A DNA stretch of 64,000 nt from Octopus sinensis (Eukaryota), in the NCBI RefSeq assembly GCF_006345805.1, contig NC_043003.1, positions 29,016,001 to 29,080,000 of the forward strand, read 5' to 3'. This document shows positions 52,262 through 64,000 of the stretch, piece by piece. A program made the position numbers and the translations under genes. The notes beneath the pieces are model-generated. The model was not told the DNA's origin, did not search any database, and saw only the letters and a program-made list of their open reading frames with translations. Each line of letters opens with the position of its first letter. Position 1 is the stretch's first letter.

Positions 52262-52764
52262 CGTAATTATCTAATATATACAGTTAGTATTATGTAATTG
52301 TGTAATGTGTATGAGTGTGTGTGTGTTTATGTATGTGTGTTTGCGTGTGCATGTAAATATGTATGTATGCCCTATATGTGTGAGTTCGTCTCTGCATCTG
52401 CGTTTATGGCGTGTGAGAGTTCGCATGTATGCATTTGTATGTGTGAGCGCGTGCGCGAATTCGTGTGTGTATGTGTCTTTGTTTTAGTTGTATTTATTCT
52501 TTTTTTTTTTGTTCTTTTTAGTTAGAACATTTGTTGACGTAGGTGTTTCTTTTCGGAGTGTTTCAATGATAATAGTAAGATGATTTGCTGAAAGACTATG
52601 TGTGTAGGTGTAATGATGCTTTAAACTTTTACTCCCACACACCTGTCATTACGACGTTATTTAAAATGCTACTATATGCTTCCAACTTAAAAGATTGAAT
52701 GAAAAAAGAATCCAGAGTACATTATTGCAGGGATAAAATAACTGTAATAATGCGGTTTTGTGAA

Positions 52765-53097
52765 GGCGCATGGCTCAGTGGTTTGAGTGCCAGGCTCACA
52801 ATCATGAAATAGTGAGTTCAATTCCCGGACCGGGTTGTGTGTTGTGTTTTTAAGCAAGACACGTTATTTCACATTCCTTCAGTTCACTCAGCTGTAGAAA
52901 TGAGTTGCGATGTCACTGATGCCAAGCTGTATCAGCCTTTGCCTTTCCCTTAGATAACATCGATGGCATGGAGAGGGTAGGCTGGTATGCATGAGCGACT
53001 GCTAGTCTTCCATAAACAACCTTGCCCTGATTGGTGCCTCGGAGGGTAACTTTCTAGATGCACTCCCATGGCCATTCATGGCAGAAGGGGGTCTTTA
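52765..53097 (+). mobile_element. SINE family D
   Basis: Colinear with 44364-44697. Confidence 0.9.
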
Positions 53098-54363
53098 ATG
53101 TGGTTTTGAACCATAATCCGCACGATGAAGTAAGGGGCTAAACAACAATTACAAAAACCGCAGCCAACAACAACAACCACAATAGCAATAATACTATTAG
53201 TAACGACTGAATGACGTAGATTATATGAAGCAAATTAGCCTTCTTGATACAGCAGAAAAATCGCCCTCAATCTACACCCAGTTACCTTCGTAAAAGAATG
53301 GGTATAGCAAGTAATATAGTCGTAGATATGTTATAATTATGAGATATTTAGGTTTCATCTACAACGCATTTTATTATGGGTCTGCTTAGTGAGGGCCAAC
53401 TCGGTATTAAATAACAATAACTATGCAAGCAGTAAACCTCTGACATTAAGAGTTAAGGTTTATTACTTCGAGCAGATTATAAATTATTCATATATATAGA
53501 CGCAGGCATGGTGGTGTGGTTAACAAGCCTGCTTTGCGGCTAGGTGCTTTCGGGTTCAATCCCACAGCGCCGCACCCTGAGCAAGTCTTCTTTTATAGCC
53601 CCGGACTGACTCTGCCATTTCGCGGGTTTTTCAACAAGAACAAGTAGACCTACAGCCAGTATAGATAAGCCAGAATAGGCTTTGGTTCGAAAACGGCGAA
53701 ACGAAACAAAACGGAGGAGATCTAGCTAATTCAGAGTTCACATCTCCATTAAAATATGAAGTTTTTAACTTAGATACAGAACCTGAAATTTCAGGAGCAA
53801 AGGGCTTAATCCATGAAATCAAACCTAGTATTTTACCGATACTTTATTGTATTGATATCTTCCAAAATAAAAAAAAGTGGGGGATTATGAAACGCAGAAT
53901 TAACCTTGACGGGTTTTGAATTCAGAACGTAAACGCCGGATCAATCACTGGTTGGCATTATTTTCCCCGATGCTCTAACGAGTCTGTCAAATTCCTGCTC
54001 TGAAGTAATTGTCTCTTACACAGGTACAAGACATCGATTTATTCTGGGGATCATAGTAGATTACATGGAATGGACTTCTTGTTCGGCACTTTATCTTATC
54101 GACCCGGGAAAGAGGAAAGGCAAGGTTGACCTCAGCGGGGTTTGAAATGATATGAGGAGCAGTAAAGCATCTTGTCAGAGAGTCTAACAATTTTGTCAAT
54201 TCACTACTCTAGAAAGCTGATAAATATAATTCCTTCCATAAAAATTCTGTCATTTTCTCCTACACCTAGTCTCTGTGTCTTTATGATTCATTCTCTCTCG
54301 GTGTGCAGCGTTCAATTACTCATTGCCTGCCACTAAAGCTAGCATGTGCACTTATCATGTCAA

Positions 54364-54399
<36 letters not shown>

Positions 54400-54567
54400 T
54401 TCTCTCTCTCTCTTTCCCTCTCTCTCTCTCTTTCTCTCTGTATCGCCCTCTTAATTCTTCTCTACCTCTCCCTATTCAACGAAAAGCGAGCCCGGAGAAA
54501 ATAATCAATCAAATAACCAGTCAACCAACCAGACAACCAATATCTATATCAGCTATTATTATAAGAT

Positions 54568-54881
54568 GTGGAGGCGAAATGGCTCAGTGGTTAGGGCAGC
54601 AGATTCACGATCGTAGGATTGCGGTTTCGATTCCCAGACCGAGCGTTGTGAGTGTTTATTGAGCGAAAACACCTATAGCTCCACGAGGTTCTGGCAGGGG
54701 GTGGTGGCGATCCCTGCTGTACTCTTTCGCCACAACTTTCTCTCACTCTTTCTTCTGTTGACCTGTTCGCTAAGCCATCGCGGTGGCGTCATTTGAAGGC
54801 TAAAACAATGCGAAGCGCGTTTTCACCAGCGATGTGTAGCAACATCTGATAGCCTGGTCGGTCAAGTGGTCACGTGACGTG
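54568..54881 (+). mobile_element. tRNA-derived SINE family E with 13-bp TSD
   Basis: A-box TGGCTCAGTGG, B-box GTTTCGATTCC. attattataagat at 54555-54567 and 54882-54894. Confidence 0.88.
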
Positions 54882-55023
54882 ATTATTATAAGATAGATAT
54901 ATTCAGCGTCATCTCTATAGCCAGCATTTGACCTTAAATACTCAATGTATATAATACGTCAATAATATGTGCTTTTATATTATTGCGGTTTCCATGACAG
55001 CAATTGTTGTATTCAAAAGAAAT

Positions 55024-55067
<44 letters not shown>

Positions 55068-55249
55068 ACACACACACTCAGAGGCTGGTGGTGGGAGAGA
55101 CTGAAACGGACAAAGACTCGATGTCAAGATATTGGTCCTTGGTATTCAGTGAGTGGCCATTGGTAAGCTTGATTTCTGTACCAACGCATGAAATAGAAAA
55201 AGGAGCAAAGAAAAAACGGACAATTTTATAAACAAGATTAACGCCCCCA

Positions 55250-55532
55250 CTATCATCATCATCCTCTCAATCATCAATGGTACTAATCGTTACCCTTTAC
55301 CACAACCATCACCATCATTCATCGCCATCGACATCGTCATTAACACCATGATCATTATCCTCATCACCATCATCACTCTCATCTTCATCTTCATCACTCT
55401 CATCACTCTCATCATTATCGTCGTCGTCGTCGTCGTCAACATCATCATCATCATCATCACCAACATCAACGTCGTCATAGTCGTCATAATCATCATCATC
55501 AACATCATCGTCGTCATTGTCGTCATTATCAT

Positions 55533-55575
<43 letters not shown>

Positions 55576-55892
55576 ACATTATCGTCAGCGTCACCGGCAT
55601 CATCATCACCATCACCATCATCACTAACACAGTCATCTCCATCATATCAACAGCTGCAGCAGTACCATTGGCAATATTACCATCGTCGTCGTCATCATCA
55701 TCATCATCATCACCAACATCATCGTCATCGTCGTCGTCGTCGTTGTCATCATCACCACCACCATCTTCGGCACTAACGTCACCATCCTCATCACCATCAC
55801 CATTGCCATCATCATCCTCATCAAGATCAACATCATCATCAACAACATCATCATCATAATCATCATCATCATCATCATCATCATCGTCATCG

Positions 55893-55940
<48 letters not shown>

Positions 55941-55970
55941 AGACCATCATCATCACCGCCGCCGTCAGCA
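55250..55970. repeat. (CAT/CGT/CAC)n trinucleotide tract
   Basis: Directly visible. Confidence 0.95.
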
Positions 55971-56151
55971 TCGCCTCGCTGCCACCGTCGATGCCACCAC
56001 TGCATTCCTCCTCTGCACACTGTCTCCGCAATCACCGGGAAAATGTCAAATGTACTGTGCATTGTAAAAGTTTCTGCGTATAAGATGTATGCACGAATAA
56101 GTACAATAGATACACATATGTACAGACATAGCTACATATATCGTGTGTGTA

Positions 56152-56197
<46 letters not shown>

Positions 56198-56300
56198 CGT
56201 GAGGGAGTGGGTGTGTATGTGAGAGAAAGAGTGTGTATGTGTGTGTTTGCGCGCTTGTGCATAAATATATGCATATATATATGTATATATATAATAAATA

Positions 56301-56624
56301 TTAGGGAATAAATCCAAATTTACAGGGAAAAAATCAGATTTAGGATTAAATCCAATTTTATAGTAAAATATTATATAATATTATTAGAGACAAAACCACT
56401 ATTTTGCAAAACAAACAAGGAAAGACTTAATCAATACATAAAATTTTAATAAAAAGTCAAAAAAACCGCCACTACAATTGTTTCTTGTCCTGATCGACAA
56501 TCTTCAGGTGGACTTCCAATAAGTCAGTTTCAAATTTTTTGACTTTTTATTAAAATTTTATGTATTGATTAAGTCTTTCCTTGTTTGTTTTGCAAAATAG
56601 TGGTTTTGTCTCTAATAATATTAT
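56301..56624 (-). mobile_element. Non-autonomous Penelope-like pLTR-type element: perfect 90-bp inverted repeat around a 70-nt spacer
   Basis: Arms 56375-56464 and 56535-56624 are exact reverse complements. One arm extends ~75 bp further. Flanked by TA microsatellite. Confidence 0.7.
56469..56511 (-). ncRNA. Minimal type I hammerhead ribozyme motif
   Basis: CCAC-CUGAAGA-UUGUC gaucag GACAA-GAAA-CAAUUG-UA-GUGG. Canonical core, 4-bp stem I, 5-bp stem II, palindromic stem III, GUA triplet. Confidence 0.8.
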
Positions 56625-56647
56625 GTATATATATATATATATAGCCT

Positions 56648-56762
<115 letters not shown>

Positions 56763-56795
56763 ATGTATACACACACACACAAATATATTGGCTGT

Positions 56796-56840
<45 letters not shown>

Positions 56841-56932
56841 AAATTAATCAAGGGTAGAAATCAATATTTATCAATTAAAACCAGTGGTCTAGCATATTAA
56901 AAAAGAATCCGAAGATTAAATATTTATATATA

Positions 56933-57157
56933 CCAATTAAGGACTGAACACGAAGGCTACAGGTATCCTTACGGATAATAATAGCCGAAACTGAATCAGT
57001 ACATGGATAAGTATTGTATTTCGTATATTTTCACTTGTTTATTGCTTGGGTTTGTGTTGAGTTTGATTTGAGAACATAATCTTTTGTGGAGAATGGCGAT
57101 TTGACGTCTATATCTAGCATGTTGACTGTCCACTTTTCGTGTTCAGTCCTTAATTGG
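56933..57157. mobile_element. 225-bp element with perfect 22-bp terminal inverted repeats in (TA)n
   Basis: ccaattaaggactgaacacgaa (56933-56954) / ttcgtgttcagtccttaattgg (57136-57157). Confidence 0.85.
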
Positions 57158-57174
57158 TATATATATATATACAT

Positions 57175-57231
<57 letters not shown>

Positions 57232-57406
57232 TATATATATTATATATATATATATATACATATATCAAAAGCTGTTTTATAATACTATTACACAGTCATA
57301 CATACAATCCAACATACCTCCATCATCAGCTGCCCCACAGATATCATTATGGTATCGACACCTGGGCAGTACCATTCAATCCGGCGATATATAAACATGC
57401 ATACAT

Positions 57407-57464
<58 letters not shown>

Positions 57465-57612
57465 GTTAAGGTTTTATCAGTGGTTAGCATATAACATAGA
57501 CATATTAAGGTGAATTCATATATAGAGATTTATAATAGTATGAAATACAATTATAATTAAAGACAAAGAAGAAACCATGCCTATGCTGAAAATAGATGTT
57601 AAATCGCCGATA

Positions 57613-57879
57613 GTCATTCTGTTTTAATGCCTTATTAATTAAAAAAACTCAACGGTTTCGTTTCCATTCATTTACCTATTTCTTCTAAAATGTTCGTTGC
57701 TTCTTGCAATCTCTTTAATAGTTTTTGAAGTGTCAACGCTGAAGAGTCAACGTTGACTCTTCAACAGCTATTGAAGAGGTTCTAAGAAGCAACGAAAATT
57801 TTAGAAAGAATGAATAAGTAAATGAGTGGAAATAGAACTGGTGGGTGTGTTGATTAATAAGGCATTAAAACAGAATGAC
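57613..57879. repeat. 267-nt imperfect foldback (arms ~126/129 nt, 12-nt loop)
   Basis: Outer 27 bp are perfect (gtcattctgttttaatgccttattaat / attaataaggcattaaaacagaatgac). Inner arms are clearly alignable with scattered mismatches. Confidence 0.85.
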
Positions 57880-58559
57880 TCCCCAGACACAATAGAATAT
57901 ACTTCAACACACGAATTCACATAAAGAATCTTGCAAACCAAATACAAAAACGATATATATATATATAAAATACATTCATATATATATATATATATATATG
58001 AATACATATGTGTGTGTGTATGTATACGTATATATATATGTATGTATGTATGTAAATATACACTCGTATATTATCTATTACTGTCATACAGTCATGCCTA
58101 TCTTAAATCGGTAGGTGTTTTTCATATCACCCATGTCATATAAAGAAATATACACCTTTACAGACCAGTCTCCAAACCTCTATCATAAATAGTGAAATGC
58201 TAAAAACAGGACATCCATGGTTTTCAGCTTAACTAATCTTGAATATTTGTGCATGCGCGGTTTTGTATTACAATGATGTATCTTTGTCGCCAATCGTCCT
58301 GATGTTTTCCTCCCACGTCAATGAAGTAAACGGCTGTATCTATTGACAGAGCAATCTTTCATTCACCCATCCCTTTCGTCTAATTATTCATTGTTTATGT
58401 CGATGAGTTTCGTGGCTTTAATTACAAAGATACATGTGAATATATAAATATGTGTGATTACTTTTATGCATGCGTGCGTGCGCGTATATGTGTATGTGTG
58501 TGTGTACGTGTAAACGCACATACATATTTATATACAAATATACGCATATGCACTTCAGT

Positions 58560-61070
58560 GGGAATCCATTTGTTGTTTTTGTAACATGGTTCTTGGGAGC
58601 AGCGGTTACAAGTTTTACTTAAGGATTTAATAGTGGTACTCCTATCTGCTATATCAATTCTACAATTTGTTTCACTAGAAACTGGCCCTATAGGATCTTT
58701 ATTTAAACTATTACTAATATTATTACTAAGTCTATATCTATTATTTGCGGCTATAATTGAGCCTAAATTTGGAGTTGTCGAGTATGACAATTTCAAACAA
58801 TGTTTATTGAAAATCAAGTGGTATTTATGTCCTTGGGGGAAGTTTTTCTCAACACTCTTATAAAATAATTTGTCGAGGTTCCTAATTTGGAGTCAAAAAC
58901 GAGGACTGAACCAAATTATATCTCGTTTCCTAGATTTCTTATTGTCAATTTTATTAGCAGTAACAGTCTGCCTATAATTCGTGTTTCTAAAACCATGTGG
59001 TTTATGCACAAATTGATTGTTTGAATAATTTATCTGGTTGCTTATTACTGACTTATCCTTATTTAATTTACTTTTAAAAATTGTATTAGATATATAATAA
59101 ATTTCCTGGTTAAATCCACTATTTCTGAGTGCTTGATTATATAGAGGGGCATGATTATTAAATATATCTTTATTACTGGACACATTTGATATTCTAATGG
59201 ATACCCCAGTTATGACACTACGTTTATAACACTACGGTGATGATTTGATTTACAATTTATGTATTGTAATACCTTATTCGGCTTATGGTATGGGGAATAC
59301 TGGCCATTCTTTTAATTGAGGGTAACATCTAGGAAATTAGCTATTTTGGTAGTATTATCATCGGTTATATTAAAATTATTTTTTCTTTAAAAATTTTTAT
59401 AAAGCTTTTCTAGTTTTATCTCTATTTCGTAGTGATGTATTAGGGATCACAAATAAGCCATCATATCTATAAAGGCCTCCCTTAATAGTGGGAAAACTAT
59501 TTTTATTTCAGAAAGTTGAAAGTGGCCCACCAAATCAGTAATCTGCGCCGAATCCGCTGACCCCATAGTTATATTCTGATTATCACTTATATTCTGATTA
59601 TCACGGGCATGTGTGTAATATAAGTGGAAAAGCATACGAGGTTAAATGCGATTAGGGTTTTCGTAGCATTTAAAATGATATCTTTTTCCAAAGGGAATAT
59701 CATTGCCTTATCCAAAAGCTCTGGAGTTATTGATAGGTAATAATTATCAATATCGAACTACAAAAGTTTGTCTTACTTTTATTATTTAGGGAAACGAACC
59801 ATGTGATAACGTCTCCAGTTCTTTGCCATAAAGGTAAATTATTGTTACTACGTCTAATGTGCGGGAGAATTTTTTATACAGGGAGTTGAATTTGGCTTAT
59901 TTCCTACGGCCCTTTAAAACTTTTCTGAAACAGCCGTAGGTTTGGACTGATCCTTTCAATCACCTCCTATTATCTATTCTAACTATATTTTCTACTTTCC
60001 TGTTACTCCTTATATTTTTTATTTTATATAATTTTTATTTTTTATGCTTGTATATTTCTATATTTTATCATCTATGTTTTAATATAAATATGTGGTTATT
60101 TGAATGGAATAATATCTCATGTCATACATCCAAATTATGAATTTGCTTGGTTGAATGTTTAAGACAAATATCTGAAATTTTTATCTTATATCAAATTTTA
60201 TTAATTTTTAGCTCATATACGAGCGAAAAAACAGTTGTACTATATACTGGAGCTTTATCTCCATTTAAATTCTCGTATTCTATATGCATATAACGTGTGT
60301 GGGGGTGTAACGGTATGGTTAGGTAGAGTCAGCGGTCACTAGTTGCAACGGTAGTTGAGATGATGATTGTTGGTTGTTAGCAGTTAGCGATTTGTAACGG
60401 GTGTTGATGCTGCAGATGTGCAAAATGGAAGAAAAAGAGTGATCGAAGTTGTAAACAAATATTTATTTAGCGTTACTTTATATAATGCCATGCCTCGACG
60501 GGCAGGTGTGTAATATAAGTGGAAAAGCATACGAGGTTAAGAAAATCAGTTTCTTACATGTATGTACATGTATGTAATTCTATCAGTAAGAAAAATAGAG
60601 ACAGAGTGATGTTGCAGAGAAGAGAAAGTGAGCTAGTGAAAGTTAGAGAGTCGAGGGAAGTTGTATGTCCCATAGTAGCTGATTGTAAGTTTCTTTCTCC
60701 CTTTGGCCGTTTGTCTCAAGTGGCTGTCTGCCTGTGGCCATCTCTAGTTATCCCCCGCTCAGTAATTGATTTTGTCTTAAGAAATTCTAGTATTTGTAAC
60801 TATGCAGAACCAGTAAGAAGGAGAGACATATTGTTGAGAACAATAGATTTCGTGAGGAGTTTGTTATCCCAATTCAACTTTTGGTGAAATAGCAGAGGTT
60901 TTTGAGGCTACAAGGGTTAAATGGTAAGGATATAAATCAGCTTAGCAAAAGCCATGTGTTCATTTTAATTGGTGTTAACTCAATGTTTCTTCTGTGAGAA
61001 AAGTGCTGTTGAAATATGGGAATTTGTCGATTCAGGTTCGAACCTACTATATGCCTAAATGAAGTCCACT
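58560..61070 (-). pseudogene. Decayed Penelope-like element ORF (N-terminal region, RT, thumb, Cys linker; GIY-YIG not seen)
   Basis: WQRTGDVITWF; FDIDNYYLSITPELLDKAMIF; ITMGSADSAQITDLVG; GGLYRYDGLF (YRDD-type motif mutated); SSNKDIFNNHAPLYNQALRNSGF; RKRDIIWFSP; IFNKHCLKLSYSTTPNLGSII; CNRC. The upstream 60000-61070 part is more weakly supported. Confidence 0.85.
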
Positions 61071-61091
61071 ATATATATGTATATGTATATA

Positions 61092-61156
<65 letters not shown>

Positions 61157-61443
61157 CATACATACATATATGCATACATACATATATGCATACATACATA
61201 TATGCATACATACATGCATACATACATACATACATACATACATACATACATACATACATACATACATACATACACACATACATACATACATACATACATA
61301 CATACGTATAGGAAAGGAAAATACATGGAACAATTATTTACGTCATATACTCGTATATATAAGTGTCTGTGCGTATTAGATATCTGTACACACATATTTC
61401 ACACCGACATACATCTGTGTGTGTATATACTTGTGTATGCATG

Positions 61444-61475
<32 letters not shown>

Positions 61476-62099
61476 CATACATATATTATAGATATATATG
61501 CATACATATAAGTACAATAGAACAATAAACAATATACATCGTGTACAATACTTACAATATACAATGTAAACACCACACAATATACACAGTATGCAATACA
61601 TACTGGATACAATATACACATTATACTTGAAGACTTGAAGGCTTTAATGCCAATGAGTACGTATGTTTACTGCTAGATTGCTCTTGTGACGTGAGTTTTG
61701 CGTCTGTGAATGTGCGTGCGTGTGCATGTGTGCGTGAGTATATAAGCGTGTGTGTGCGTGTGCGAGTGTGTATGTGTGTTTTATATTGAAAGCAGGATCT
61801 TGATCTGCTTTTTGTTTCATTTCATCAGTTCCTATATATTTCTATTGTTTAATGTAGCGATGTTTCAAATTTCATCTTCAGTATTAACTATACTTTCACA
61901 AACTCATGTTCAGGATGCACTGAAGCTGTCGCACAATACTTGCTCGCTATAAGGAGCATAACCAGTTTGATTATTGTAGACATTGCAGCCAGGATTTGAA
62001 TATTTTACCGTTACATTTTTTGTCATCAGTTTTATATTCACTTTTGTTCGCTGCTGGTATATTATTTTTATGTTTATTTTAACAATGTGCCGTGTTATG

Positions 62100-62400
62100 A
62101 ATATTGTTTCCATCATTAATTGTTTTCTTATGAAAATTTTGTTAAGAATCTATGTGTCTTTTTACTAATGAGTTATCAGTATTGCTTCAATCATTAATCG
62201 TCACTTTTGTAAGATGTTTTGTAAAGTATACGTTTTTTATTTACTAATTTATATAAACCTTGCTTCTATAATTAATTATCTGTTTTCTAATTAAAATTCT
62301 GTAAAGTGTCGATGTGTTGTCTACTAATGCTTTATCAGTATTGCTTCTTTCATGAACTCTCATTTTCAGTAGGAGATTTTGTAAAGTATACATGTGTTCT
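62100..62400. repeat. Degenerate ~80-bp tandem array with alternating A/B units, continuing at 63920-64000
   Basis: tactaat…ttgcttc…ttctgtaaagt recurs. The unit at 62242 matches 63921-64000. Confidence 0.7.
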
Positions 62401-62803
62401 TTTATCTTTTCCCTTGTACTGGTTTCAGCCAGAAGCTGGGACCAAGCTGGATAATTGCCTTTTCTGTACTGTTTCTCGTGAAGTAACGAGTTGGACGGAA
62501 CTAATCTTCTTTGTGCTTGCTGCTGCGATGTGGCTTCATCTGGTACCTCAGATAAAAAATTTGCCCAGATGCGCTGTAAAGACCTCTCAACTTATGCCTC
62601 GCCAATCTCTGAGGTTGTTTGTCAGAATGATGAATATAGGCGCAGGAGTGGCTGTGTGGTAAGTAGTTTGTTTACCAACCACATGGTTCCGGGTTCAGTC
62701 CCACTGCGTGGCACCTTGGGAAAGTGTCTTCTACTATAGCTTCGGGCCGACCAAAGCCTTGTGAGTGGATTTGGTAGACGGAAACTGAAAGAAGCCCGTC
62801 GTA

Positions 62804-62845
<42 letters not shown>

Positions 62846-63220
62846 ATATATATATGCGTGTGTGTGTTTGTCCCCCTAGCATTGCTTGACAACCGATGCT
62901 GGTGTGTTTATGTCCCCGTTACTTAGCGGTTCGGCAAAAGAGACCGATAGAATAAGAACTGGGCTTACAAAAGAATAAGTCCCGGGGTCGAGTTGCTCGA
63001 TTAAAGGCGGTGCTCCAGCATGGCCGCAGTCAAATGACTGAAACAAGTAAAAGAGTAAAAGAGTAAAGAGAGTTATGGACCCTTGAAACCTAAGCTTTTG
63101 CAGTACTGAGCCCTTCTATTCTAGATGGAGAATATAGGATTTTTGGTACTATATAGTACCGTGCAGTTCGGTGGTTGGTATAGCTTTCCGTTCCAAAGTT
63201 GGGAGCTATACTTTCCAGGA

Positions 63221-63257
<37 letters not shown>

Positions 63258-63292
63258 ACACACACACACACACACCACACACACACACCACA

Positions 63293-63365
<73 letters not shown>

Positions 63366-63915
63366 TGCATATCTTTCACGCCTTCTCTCTAGGGAGTAAT
63401 GCTTCAGTTCCTTTAGCTTCTCTCAGTAGCTCATCTGTTTCACCGGGTCAATTTTGTATGCGTTGGGTAGCTGGATCGCCTCGAGTTCCGCCACCAATTT
63501 GATAGTCTGTGTTGATCACTGTTGGAAGCAATAATCAAGATGTCTTAGAACGAAAATTCTCCATAGGAGTAGCATGGTATCCTTTTCACTGATTCTGAAT
63601 GATCTCAGAATCCATCTAGCAACTCGCCTGCGCAGTGTTTTCATCTTGGAATATTGTATCATTACTTATGTGGATTCCCAGGTCACGCATGTGAATTGCC
63701 AAGTCACGCACCACTGGCCCTGTGTATTCGATTGTAGTCTGTCTATGGGCCGAGAGATGTTATTTTCACCAGTCCTTTTATATATCGCATTGAAGTCGTT
63801 TTGCAGTTTTAATACGTCAATAGGGTCTTTGATCGTCTGTGATACCTTTGTATCATCACTGAAGACGGTGAGAGTGGCTGACTGCATGGCTAAGGGCATG
63901 TCTGAGAGAGCGTAT
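62400..63915 (-). mobile_element. 5'-truncated CR1/L2-group LINE (RT C-terminal half to ORF end) interrupted by a microsatellite and a SINE
   Basis: TLTVFSDDTKVSQ…LQNDFNAIY; WILRSF…HLDYC; ELEAIQ…SY*EKLKELKHYSLERRRERYAVI; KILESIAPNFG; FLSEVPDEATS…SNSL. Confidence 0.88.
62639..63070 (+). mobile_element. Full-length tRNA-derived SINE family A (reference copy)
   Basis: A-box TGGCTGTGTGG (62649), B-box GGTTCAGTCC (62692), internal (TA)n, 3' (GTAAAAGA)n tail. More than ten related copies occur in the window. Confidence 0.93.
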
Positions 63916-64000
63916 AAGTTTACTAATGTTTTAAAAGCATTGTTTCTATAATTAATCATCTGTTTTCTGCTGGAAATTCCGTAAAGTGTCGATGTGTTGT

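Noticed and set aside
61795-61890. Two CUGANGA…GAAA spacings
   Set aside because: No stem II or stem III can form.

Overview
AT-rich, microsatellite-saturated metazoan genomic DNA. The SINE, R4/Dong, CR1 and Penelope-like repeat families resemble those I recall from coleoid cephalopods, most likely Octopus (inference, no search run). There is one 100-N scaffold gap at 7496-7595. Only one credible host gene is visible: an intronless 165-aa PH-domain-like ORF (8217-8714, +) with TATA/Inr-like promoter motifs. The rest is transposon debris. DNA transposons: mariner, a pogo-like element with TIRs, an intron-containing hAT-like transposase, Tc1, and a foldback-type element. Retroelements: R4/Dong, CR1-like, Penelope-like RT, a possible Gypsy relic, and at least five tRNA-derived SINE families. 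The most notable signal is a set of minimal type I hammerhead ribozyme (HHR) motifs in short elements sitting in or beside (TA)n arrays. The best one (56469-56511, -) lies in the loop of a perfect 90-bp inverted repeat, beside two more foldback elements and a decayed Penelope-like RT. A second has a canonical core and a GUC site (48203-48276, -). A third has a variant core (21571-21605, +). Nearly all ORFs in the supplied track are microsatellite read-throughs. All alignments and folds were done by eye.
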